Assembly (NCBI GenBank): GCA_021203545.1
Contig: JAJQAZ010000104.1
Location: 11,407-75,406, forward strand
Length of the DNA: 64,000 bases
Direction of reading: 5' to 3'
DNA from: Tannerellaceae bacterium
GTDB lineage: Bacteria > Bacteroidota > Bacteroidia > Bacteroidales > Tannerellaceae
The position numbers and the translations under genes were made by a program. This document shows, piece after piece, positions 47,399 through 55,051 of this stretch (position 1 is its first letter; the number at the start of each line of letters is the position of its first letter). The notes beneath the pieces were generated by a model that saw only the letters and a program-made list of their open reading frames with translations, was not told where the DNA came from and ran no database searches.

Positions 47399-47761
47399 AT
47401 GAACTATTTGGAGAAAGAGGAGGACTATTTACTTGCATGGGATATCAGAGGATATCCCGGAAAAGATAGTAAATGGATATTTCAGACAGATAGTTATGAC
47501 GGGGATATGGAATTATACTCTACAGATATCCGGATTCTTTTCTATTGCGAATACCGGGAAAATCGTTTAAAGGCCATTTTTGAAACACAGGATAAAAACG
47601 AACAATTAATTGATACCTTTATAGTGGGAGAATCTAAAAAAGAAACGTATTTGAGAACCAATATCGAAATCCATCCTAAATGGCCTGTAATAGAAACATC
47701 TGAGGGAGATTTAATTGTCACCCCTGACGGACAATTTATTTATGTAAATACAACTCCCTGA
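47399..47761 (+). CDS. Hypothetical protein (120 aa), no signal peptide; possibly the C-terminal part of the preceding gene
   Basis: The ATG lies 1 nt after the upstream TGA. Removing one T from the T8 run fuses the two ORFs in frame (..[14 protein letters not shown]..). Confidence 0.6.
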   Translation: MNYLEKEEDYLLAWDIRGYPGKDSKWIFQTDSYDGDMELYSTDIRILFYCEYRENRLKAIFETQDKNEQLIDTFIVGESKKETYLRTNIEIHPKWPVIETSEGDLIVTPDGQFIYVNTTP

Positions 47762-48299
47762 CTTTCTCCGGCAGGAAAAACCGGACGTCTTTGCCTGCCT
47801 GGGTTGCCTCGCGGATAAATGTGGAAGATATCTCAATAACAGGTGCGTTAACCTTTCGGACCAACGGATATTGTCCAGGTATCCGGATATCATAATTCAA
47901 CCGTGGATAAACCAGAACCGGATAAGTCGTAATGATCTTTTCATATTCCTTCCAGCGCTCTATCAATGCCCAGTTATCGGCTCCTATGATCAGGTGGAAC
48001 TGTCGCTCCGGATAAGCTTTATCCAGGGCTTGTAACGTATCAATCGTATAGGACGGAACGGGCATATGGAATTCGAAATCGCTTGCTTTGAATCCGGGAT
48101 ATCCGTCGATCGCCGCTTCAACCAGTTGCAGCCGGAAACGGTTATCCAGTAGGTCGCCTTTTGCTTTCAGGGGATTCTGGGGAGAAACCACAAACCATAC
48201 TTCATCCAGTTCTTCAAACTCACACAACCAGTTGGCTAACGCCAGGTGGCCGATATGAATAGGATTGAAAGAACCGGAGAATATGCCTGTACGGATCAT
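47736..48299 (-). CDS. nadD: Nicotinate-nucleotide adenylyltransferase
   Basis: 187 aa with [15 protein letters not shown] (the HxGH-type nucleotidyltransferase motif) and ISSTFIR. Confidence 0.9.
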   Translation of the reverse strand: MIRTGIFSGSFNPIHIGHLALANWLCEFEELDEVWFVVSPQNPLKAKGDLLDNRFRLQLVEAAIDGYPGFKASDFEFHMPVPSYTIDTLQALDKAYPERQFHLIIGADNWALIERWKEYEKIITTYPVLVYPRLNYDIRIPGQYPLVRKVNAPVIEISSTFIREATQAGKDVRFFLPEKVRELYLHK

Positions 48300-48862
48300 T
48301 TGGCAAGGAAATCTTTAATAACTTTCAGTGTCTCTTCCTGCGCTTTTTCAAGCACATCGTTTATAATAACCACATCGAAACGTGGTGCGAAGCCTAATTC
48401 AAACTCGGCTTTCGCAATCCGGCTCTCTATCACTTCCGGTGCATCGGTACCACGTCCGGTGAGCCGTTTTTTTAACTCTTCAATACCGGGAGGTTGTATA
48501 AATATAGAAAGTGCCCGGTCGCCATAGAAACTTTTGATGTTACAGCCACCTACTACATCCACATCAAAAATAACATTATATCCTTTGGCCAGTAACCGCT
48601 CTACTTCACTTTTCAGCGTACCGTAAAAACGGTCGGTATACACCTCTTCATGTTCCAGGAAATGTCCGGCTTCAATCCGTGACCGGAACTCCTCCGGCGA
48701 AAGAAAATAATACTCCACACCATGCTGTTCTGTTCCGCGTGGCTCACGGCTGGTTGCGGAAATAGAAAAGCAAAGATTCAGATCCTGCTGCAAAAGATAG
48801 TTGATAATTGTTGATTTGCCTGATCCGGAAGGAGCAGAAAAAATAATCAATTTACCTGCCAT
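48296..48862 (-). CDS. gmk: Guanylate kinase
   Basis: 188 aa with P-loop [27 protein letters not shown], and the EYEEVY.. pattern. Confidence 0.95.
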   Translation of the reverse strand: MAGKLIIFSAPSGSGKSTIINYLLQQDLNLCFSISATSREPRGTEQHGVEYYFLSPEEFRSRIEAGHFLEHEEVYTDRFYGTLKSEVERLLAKGYNVIFDVDVVGGCNIKSFYGDRALSIFIQPPGIEELKKRLTGRGTDAPEVIESRIAKAEFELGFAPRFDVVIINDVLEKAQEETLKVIKDFLAK

Positions 48863-48865
48863 GTC

Positions 48866-49738
48866 TTATAATACGTTTAAAACCTGTTCTTTAATCTGTT
48901 CCAATTCGTCTTTCATCTGCACTACGATTTGTTGCATTGCGGCATGATTACTTTTCGAACCCAGTGTATTAACCTCGCGGCCAATCTCCTGAACAATAAA
49001 ACCAAGTTTTTTACCTTGTGCATCTCCACTCTCCATCGTACTAACAAAATACTGCAGGTGATTGGTCAGACGGCTTTTTTCCTCGTTTACGTCCAGTTTC
49101 TCAATATAATAAATCATCTCCTGCTCGAAACGGTTTTTATCATAATCGGTAGATACCACTTTTTCCAGGTTGTCGATAATGCGGGCTTTCACCTTTTCGA
49201 TCCGTTCCCCTTCGTACAATTCTACCTCTTTCAGCAATGTACCGATATTTTCGATCTTCTGGCGGAACAGATTCTCGAGCATGGCACCTTCCTGTTTGCG
49301 AAACTCGGTCAGTTGTTCGATCGCATGATCAATCGCTTCCTGTACCTGCATCCATTCTGTCTCGTCGGCCTGCGGAGCTTCCGATTTGATCGTATCGGGC
49401 AACCGCAGCAGGGTCTGAAACCAATCAGACGGAACCTCCAGATTCAACTGTTCCGATATTTCTTTGATCTGGTTATAATAACTTTCTACTGCAGCCAGAT
49501 TGATACGGGTAGGATTATCTTTGCCAATATATTCTACTGTAATATTGAATTCTATTTTTCCACGTACCAGTGCGCGAAGCAGTTGCGAGCGGATTTGCAT
49601 CTCCATTTCTTTGTATACGGCCGGAATCCGTGTTGATAGGTCTAATTGTTTACTGTTAAGCGCTTTTATTTCAACGGTTACTTTTTTTGTTGGAAGTTCG
49701 GCTGTAACCTTGCCGAAACCAGTCATGGATTGAATCAT
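48866..49738 (-). CDS. yicC: YicC-family stress-induced protein (endoribonuclease YicC type)
   Basis: 290 aa: MIQSMTGFG start, SLNSKQLDLS-like segment and C-terminal FIVQEIGREVNTLGSKSN..EQIKEQVLNV(L). Confidence 0.9.
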   Translation of the reverse strand: MIQSMTGFGKVTAELPTKKVTVEIKALNSKQLDLSTRIPAVYKEMEMQIRSQLLRALVRGKIEFNITVEYIGKDNPTRINLAAVESYYNQIKEISEQLNLEVPSDWFQTLLRLPDTIKSEAPQADETEWMQVQEAIDHAIEQLTEFRKQEGAMLENLFRQKIENIGTLLKEVELYEGERIEKVKARIIDNLEKVVSTDYDKNRFEQEMIYYIEKLDVNEEKSRLTNHLQYFVSTMESGDAQGKKLGFIVQEIGREVNTLGSKSNHAAMQQIVVQMKDELEQIKEQVLNVL

Positions 49739-49756
49739 TCCTTACTCTGTTTTTTG

Positions 49757-49764
49757 CAAATGTA
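49757..49764 (-). promoter_or_regulatory. -7 box TACATTTG (minus strand) for yicC-gmk-nadD
   Basis: Plus-strand CAAATGTA, 19 nt upstream of the ATG at 49738. Confidence 0.4.
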
Positions 49765-49805
49765 CTTTTTTATTTCAAGTTGATCGTCCATTCCTATTAA
49801 AAATG

Positions 49806-49813
49806 TACTTTTG
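49806..49813 (+). promoter_or_regulatory. -7 box TACTTTTG for tsaB
   Basis: Exact TAnnTTTG 24 nt upstream of the ATG at 49837. Confidence 0.45.
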
Positions 49814-49836
49814 CAGCTTATAAAACAGCACAATAT

Positions 49837-50538
49837 ATGCCAAACATATTACATATAGAAACTTCAACAAATGTTTGTTCGGTTGCTCTGTCGCAGAACG
49901 GAGTCATTTTATTTGAAAAGAAATCGTTTGAGGGGCCTTCTCACGCTGCACTGTTGGGTGTATTCGCAGAAGAGGCAGTAAACTATCTGAAACAAAAAGG
50001 AGAGCGCCCTGATGCCGTCGCTGTAAGTAGCGGCCCCGGATCGTATACCGGTTTGCGGATTGGCGTTTCGCTGGCAAAAGGGCTATGTTTCGGATATGAT
50101 ATCCCTCTGATTGCCGTTCCTACGCTGGATATATTGGCATACCAGGCTATCCGGAAGAATCAGAGGAATCCGGATTATCTCTATTGTGCCATGCTGGATG
50201 CCCGTCGTATGGAGGTCTATTCTGCATTGTATGACTCAAACCTGGCACCTCTCCGGGAAACACAGGCCGAGATCATAGATGAAAACAGCTACCGCACACT
50301 TCTGGAAACACAAAAGATTTGCTTCTTCGGCAACGGTGCTGCCAAATGTAAAAACAGTATCCAAAGTGAGAATGCCCTGTTCCTGGAAGATATACACCCA
50401 TTAGCAACCGAAATGGTAACTTTAGCAGAAGCAGCCTGGGAAAAGAAAGCCTTTGCAGATACAGCCTATTTTGATCCCTACTATTTAAAAGACTTCGTAG
50501 CCACAGTAGCCAAAAACAAAGTATTAGGAAACCAGTAA
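49837..50538 (+). CDS. tsaB: tRNA threonylcarbamoyladenosine biosynthesis protein TsaB
   Basis: 233 aa: ILHIETSTNVCSVAL, GPGSYTGLRIGVS.AKGL and the YeaZ/TsaB fold pattern. Confidence 0.9.
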   Translation: MPNILHIETSTNVCSVALSQNGVILFEKKSFEGPSHAALLGVFAEEAVNYLKQKGERPDAVAVSSGPGSYTGLRIGVSLAKGLCFGYDIPLIAVPTLDILAYQAIRKNQRNPDYLYCAMLDARRMEVYSALYDSNLAPLRETQAEIIDENSYRTLLETQKICFFGNGAAKCKNSIQSENALFLEDIHPLATEMVTLAEAAWEKKAFADTAYFDPYYLKDFVATVAKNKVLGNQ

Positions 50539-50551
50539 CTTTTTACAACGA

Positions 50552-50568
50552 CGTAGCGAGACGCTACG
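50552..50568 (+). repeat. Isolated module C hairpin (CGTAGCG-AGA-CGCTACG) 13 nt after the tsaB stop
   Basis: Same hairpin as the terminal hairpins of element X. Confidence 0.65.
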
Positions 50569-50910
50569 CCGGACATTTGAACAAAAACTCTTAAATTGAC
50601 ACCATGGGCATCCCGTTATCAACTATTAAAAATATATTTTTTACTATTTTTGATCTTCACTGAATCACACGGTGTTTTTGCGCTCTGTATCAGTCGATTC
50701 CTGTGAAGAACGGGTTAATCACCTATCCTTCACATCGTCACATACAAAATGTATATTATTTGTTTTAATGGGTTTATAAACAAGTATTTATACTATTTTA
50801 AGACAAACAAAGCATGAATTTTCACCGGATCAAAACAGATTAAATTGAGGTTGTTTTTTTACTTTCCACGAGCCTTACTTCCTTTTTAAAGGATATAATC
50901 TTTAAGATAT

Positions 50911-51024
50911 GCTGGCTTTCTTACTGTTCAACGGGAGTTGATCACCTGTGCAACCGCCGTTGGACACCTGCGTAACTGGAGTTGCACACGTATGCAACTC
51001 CAGTTACGCAGTAATAAAGCCAGC
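50911..51024 (+). repeat. Nested palindromic structure: a 9-bp outer stem enclosing four units with an exact 22-bp period, including a perfect 17-bp-arm palindrome
   Basis: The outer stem is GCTGGCTTT (50911-50919) with AAAGCCAGC (51016-51024). Units start at 50937 (GTTGATCACCTGTGCAAC), 50959 (GTTGGACACCTGCGTAAC), 50981 (GTTGCACACGTATGCAAC) and 51003 (GTTACGCAG). The perfect palindrome is GCGTAACTGGAGTTGCA (50970-50986), loop CACGTA, TGCAACTCCAGTTACGC (50993-51009). Confidence 0.85.
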
Positions 51025-51188
51025 GGCTCCGTAAAATAAATATATCTACTCTTTGAGTTTACTGTATCTATTAAGCAACTTTTCCGGCAGTACAAGGGCA
51101 ATAAGACCCTAACAAAACAGCTACCGGGTTTGATAAAAAATAATTCGCTACAAGTGAAACAGTGAACATCACTTTCTTGCTGGTTTTT

Positions 51189-51213
51189 GCTGGCGCAGAT
51201 TTAAATCTGTACC
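51189..51213 (+). repeat. Hairpin repeat module B (GCTGGCGCAGATTTAAATCTGTACC)
   Basis: Matches the module B consensus. Confidence 0.7.
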
Positions 51214-51290
51214 AAAACCGTAAGCAAGAGTAGCAATTGTCGGCCTGCAAATAAATAACAATAAACCCTGTTGTTCTTAATAAAACTTTA

Positions 51291-51298
51291 TAAATTTG
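51291..51298 (+). promoter_or_regulatory. -7 box TAAATTTG for the TRL-like gene
   Basis: Exact TAnnTTTG 94 nt upstream of the ATG at 51393. Confidence 0.4.
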
Positions 51299-51392
51299 CT
51301 GCCACGTGTAAAACTAACGGCATTCCTCTTATGCCATTCTAATAACTAATCAGCTTTTCAGAAAGAGGACTGGAGGGCCAAACTGATGAAAC

Positions 51393-51704
51393 ATGAAAAA
51401 AATGGCTTTAAGCGTAGCGGTAGTATGCGCATTTCTGTGTAGTTGTGGAGTAACAAAATCTCCGGTAATGGGTCTTGCTTATACTGATGTAGTATCAGGA
51501 AATGCAGTAACAAGTAATCAATTAGCAACTAAAGTCGGCAGATCAACAGCTACCGGTATTTTAGGTCTTGTTGCAACAGGTGATGCAAGCTACCAAACAG
51601 CTGCTAAAACTGCAGGTATTACAAAAATCACCCATGTAGACGAACGTAGTTATACCATATTAGGTATTTATACTACTTACGAAACAATTGTTTACGGAGA
51701 GTAA
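51393..51704 (+). CDS. TRL-like family lipoprotein
   Basis: 103 aa with lipobox AFLCSCG; GILGLVATGDASYQTAAKTAGITKITHVDERSYTILGIYTTYETIVYGE matches the TRL family pattern. Confidence 0.8.
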   Translation: MKKMALSVAVVCAFLCSCGVTKSPVMGLAYTDVVSGNAVTSNQLATKVGRSTATGILGLVATGDASYQTAAKTAGITKITHVDERSYTILGIYTTYETIVYGE

Positions 51705-51716
51705 TCACCAATAAAA

Positions 51717-51757
51717 CAGAACTGTTCCCTGTGGAAGTGGGAACAGTTTATTTTTTG
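51717..51757 (+). terminator. Intrinsic terminator
   Basis: Stem GAACTGTTCCC (51719-51729) with GGGAACAGTT (51739-51748), followed by TATTTTTT. Confidence 0.7.
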
Positions 51758-51775
51758 TAAATACAAAGTAATCCT

Positions 51776-52300
51776 ATGAAACATTTTCTTCTATTGTTTA
51801 TTTCCCTTTGTCTTTTTGCCGGAAGTGCTCAGGCACAAAAGATACATCGCCAGTATGCTTTTTATCCGCAGGAAGAAGGAAATGTTTATTTTATCTATCC
51901 CCAAAAAGGATTTACCAGTGCGGATAAAGACGTGGTGAAAGGGCTGGTATATGATATAACCTATGTATCCGGGCGGGATTCCGCCTCTTTTATTTTCTCC
52001 TATTTTACAAAGAATGTAGTGCAGGCGAAAAGTATTGTGTTTAAAGACACTACCGGGAACATACTGTATGAAGCGCCTGTAACCATGATGTTTACCCAAC
52101 CAAAAAAAAATAACTGGCATCAAAGGGCGCAGGTAATGATCCCCTACGAAACCTTAACCTCTTTGTACGAACAACCGCAACCTTATGCGATCTGCCTGAA
52201 CGGAGGAAAAGAAATTCTTTTTGAAATCTCTCCCAAAAGCTGGAAAAAACAGTCCGGTGTGATCAACAAAATATTCGAGGTGGTTAAATATAACCGTTAG
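51776..52300 (+). CDS. Secreted hypothetical protein (174 aa)
   Basis: Signal peptide MKHFLLLFISLCLFAGSAQA. No motif recognised. Confidence 0.75.
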   Translation: MKHFLLLFISLCLFAGSAQAQKIHRQYAFYPQEEGNVYFIYPQKGFTSADKDVVKGLVYDITYVSGRDSASFIFSYFTKNVVQAKSIVFKDTTGNILYEAPVTMMFTQPKKNNWHQRAQVMIPYETLTSLYEQPQPYAICLNGGKEILFEISPKSWKKQSGVINKIFEVVKYNR

Positions 52301-52330
52301 ATATGTATCTTTGCCTGAAAAAAGAAGAAT

Positions 52331-53140
52331 ATGATATTCTATTTTACAGGTACCGGAAACTCCGCCTGGGTGGCAAACCGTCTGGCAGAAACTTTGCATG
52401 ATGAACGGTTTTCCATATCACAGCTATTACATGAAAAAAGAATACAGTATACCTTTCCACTGAAAGAAGAGGAAAAAGTGATAGTTGTTTTTCCCGTTCA
52501 TTCGTGGGGGCCCCCTTCTTTTGTACTCTCATTTATCAAACAACTGTCATTTACAAATTATACGGGCCAGCCTGTGTATGCGGTTTGTACCTGTGGGGAT
52601 GATTGCGGCTATACTAAACAACTATTTGCGACTGCTGTTGTTAAACAGGGATGGAACTTCCGGAATTGCTATTCGGTAACGATGCCCAATAACTATATCT
52701 TATTTCCCGGTTTTGATGTAGATAGGAAAGAGGTAGAAAAGGAAAAATTACAGAATGCTTTTCCTACTGTAGAACGGATCGCGGATGCAATCCGTACCGG
52801 AACCTCTGCGGATATCTATGATCAGGGAACTATGCCGTTCCTGAAAAGCCGTATGATTCATCCTCTTTTCAATAAATATGTAGTAGGGAAGAACTCTTTT
52901 TATGCCACAGATAAATGTGTCTCCTGTGGGTTGTGTAAAAACGTTTGTCCTACCGGTACGATCTCTATGCAGGAAGGATTGCCCCAATGGAATGACACCT
53001 GTATACAATGCCTGGCCTGCATACACCGCTGTCCGCAGCGGGCGATAGAATACGGAAAGAGAACCCTCCGGAAAGGCCGCTATCAACATCCTGATAATAA
53101 GAGAATTTTAAACATAACAACAAAAGAATATAATTCCTAA
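52331..53140 (+). CDS. EFR1-type ferredoxin (flavodoxin-like domain + 2x[4Fe-4S] domain)
   Basis: 269 aa: MIFYFTGTGNS flavodoxin-like start, with C-terminal CVSCGLCKNVCP and CIQCLACIHRCP cluster motifs. Confidence 0.85.
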   Translation: MIFYFTGTGNSAWVANRLAETLHDERFSISQLLHEKRIQYTFPLKEEEKVIVVFPVHSWGPPSFVLSFIKQLSFTNYTGQPVYAVCTCGDDCGYTKQLFATAVVKQGWNFRNCYSVTMPNNYILFPGFDVDRKEVEKEKLQNAFPTVERIADAIRTGTSADIYDQGTMPFLKSRMIHPLFNKYVVGKNSFYATDKCVSCGLCKNVCPTGTISMQEGLPQWNDTCIQCLACIHRCPQRAIEYGKRTLRKGRYQHPDNKRILNITTKEYNS

Positions 53141-53158
53141 ACTTTTGAATGAACAGAT

Positions 53159-53800
53159 ATGAAACGAATGATTTACTTATATACTTTGCTGTCTTTACTA
53201 ATAATCCCTGCTATGTCGGCACAAACAGATGAAACCTTTGAAATCAAAGTAAAAGAAGCCGTAACACGGCAAATGGAAATATATCCGGCCTCAACTTTAA
53301 AAGACTTATACAAGAATTTCTTTCAGGATAAATATGGCCCCGGACATTTGATCAATAATCCGGAATCGGCTGCTAATTACCTGCAACGTGAATTAGGCGA
53401 AATGACAGAATCTTCCGGCGATTTGATAGAGCCTACCGGTTGGGAGGGAAATTTCTACCGTGTAAATCTTTCTTTGATTAAAGAAGGAATCATCCCATAC
53501 GACATCTTTTTTGATGCCTTTGTAAGGAGTGTAAACGGTATAACCCCGGTTCCGGTAGACACCTGGAAAGAAGAGTGGAACCGGATTGAAAAAGTGATCC
53601 ATACAAGACTTCCCGGTTTGCCCGGTTACGAAGAAGATAAAAAGCAGATAACAGAACGTTTGGAGAACGGTGAGTATGTGGGGCATCATAGCGAAATTTT
53701 TGAACAAACCTATTCGCCTCACTACCGTATCGTCGGTAAAGAAATATTCGAAAAAGAACTACTCCCTTTACTACAGCAATATCTTACTTTAAAGGATTGA
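53159..53800 (+). CDS. Secreted conserved hypothetical protein (213 aa)
   Basis: Signal peptide. LKDLYKNFFQDKYGPGH resembles a conserved Bacteroides family of unknown function; this is from memory only. Confidence 0.8.
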   Translation: MKRMIYLYTLLSLLIIPAMSAQTDETFEIKVKEAVTRQMEIYPASTLKDLYKNFFQDKYGPGHLINNPESAANYLQRELGEMTESSGDLIEPTGWEGNFYRVNLSLIKEGIIPYDIFFDAFVRSVNGITPVPVDTWKEEWNRIEKVIHTRLPGLPGYEEDKKQITERLENGEYVGHHSEIFEQTYSPHYRIVGKEIFEKELLPLLQQYLTLKD

Positions 53801-53804
53801 ACAA

Positions 53805-54515
53805 ATGATAGGATTAGGAACGCTCGTAAACTGTGGTGCTGTAATCGTGGGTAGTTGTGTGGGTATGCTGATTCATTCCCGCCTGCCCGAAAAGATGATC
53901 TCTATTGTTTTTCAGGGAATAGGTCTTTTTACCTTAGTAATAGGAATATCCATGTCTCTTTCTGCTGAAAATATGATATTGGTATTGCTTAGTATTGCAG
54001 CCGGGGCAGTGGTAGGACAAGTTATTGATATAGACAAACAGTTGCGCAGGTTTTCGGAATATGTCCGCCGGAAAACAGAAAAAAAGAACGCAGAAACATC
54101 TGCTACACAAACTAAATTTACCGAAGGGTTTGTAACAGCCTCTATGCTATACTGTATCGGTTCCATGTCTATTCTGGGAGCAATAGAGGACGGGATGGGA
54201 GAAGCTCCCCAACTGTTATTTACCAAATCCGTCATGGACGGTATCTCTTCGGTGGCACTCGCCTCTACTTTTGGAATGGCTATCCTTCTTAGCTCTATCC
54301 CCTTACTGGTCTATCAGGGAGCCATTACTATTTTTGCCGGTTTCATTATGCAGTATATGACAGACCCTATGATCGCAGACCTGACAGCCACGGGCGGCAT
54401 TCTACTGATAGGTTTAGGCATTAATATCCTAAACATAAAGTCAATTCAGGTTACCAACATGCTACCTGCGATAATCATTGTTGTGATTCTTTCCGGGTTT
54501 TACACAACCCCCTAA
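53805..54515 (+). CDS. DUF554-family membrane protein (YdfK/YqgA type)
   Basis: 236-aa polytopic protein; MIGLGTLVNCGAVIVGS start and the GIGLFT..IG pattern. Its last two codons and stop lie inside repeat module A. Confidence 0.85.
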   Translation: MIGLGTLVNCGAVIVGSCVGMLIHSRLPEKMISIVFQGIGLFTLVIGISMSLSAENMILVLLSIAAGAVVGQVIDIDKQLRRFSEYVRRKTEKKNAETSATQTKFTEGFVTASMLYCIGSMSILGAIEDGMGEAPQLLFTKSVMDGISSVALASTFGMAILLSSIPLLVYQGAITIFAGFIMQYMTDPMIADLTATGGILLIGLGINILNIKSIQVTNMLPAIIIVVILSGFYTTP

Positions 54516-55044
54516 CCCCCTAAAGGGGGGATTTTCTCTCGCTGGCGCAGATTTAAATCTGTGTCCATTGTTCGGCGTAGCGTCCTCGCCAATGCCATCA
54601 ACTTAAGAGTTTTTGGTCGGAGGGGATTTGTAATCCCCGACTAACGAGTATTAGGATCTGTGATCCAGCAAACAAATGAATACCCATTAAATAGAGAGTT
54701 AGGAATCTTTAAGCGGATTACAAATCCTTATACTCCACAGGCGGGGATTGCAAATCCCCTTCGACCAACAAGAAAAAATCCTTAAGTTGATGGCATTGGC
54801 GTCCTCGCTACGTCGTTTTTAAAAGTGAGGCTCCAGCCTCATGTGAAGCAGGAACTTCACAAATTTTAGCGACATAGCGAGGACGCTATGCCGAACGAAA
54901 ACACGAAAATCCCGGTAGTCCCAATTAACCTATCTTACGCTGGCGCAAATTTAAATCTGTGCCTAAAGAAAAGTGCCGCCTTATCAAAAGACAGCACTTT
55001 ATAAAATATCATATCCCCAGTCCCCCCTTTAGGGGGTTAGGGGG
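54508..55044. repeat. 537-bp composite of hairpin modules forming a quasi-palindrome between two convergent genes
   Basis: The order is A (54508-54530), B (54541-54563), C-half+F+E (54571-54638), small hairpins GGATC-TGT-GATCC (54652-54666) and GGATT-ACAA-ATCC (54714-54726), inverted E+F (54743-54794), X copy 3 (54798-54913), B (54939-54963), inverted A (55022-55044). The terminal 23-mers are perfect inverted repeats. Confidence 0.85.
54798..54913 (+). repeat. Four-hairpin element X, copy 3 (left terminal arm replaced by module F junction) with CGAAAACACGAAAA tail
   Basis: GGCGTCCTCGCTACGTCGTTTTTAAAAGTGAGGCTCCAGCCTCATGTGAAGCAGGAACTTCACAAATTTTAGCGACATAGCGAGGACGCTATGCCGAACGAAAACACGAAAA. Confidence 0.85.
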
Positions 55045-55051
55045 TTGTTTT

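Noticed and set aside
48929-49636. 235-aa ORF on the plus strand
   Set aside because: It is antisense to yicC, has a low-complexity Phe/Leu-rich translation, and has no promoter box. It is a shadow ORF.
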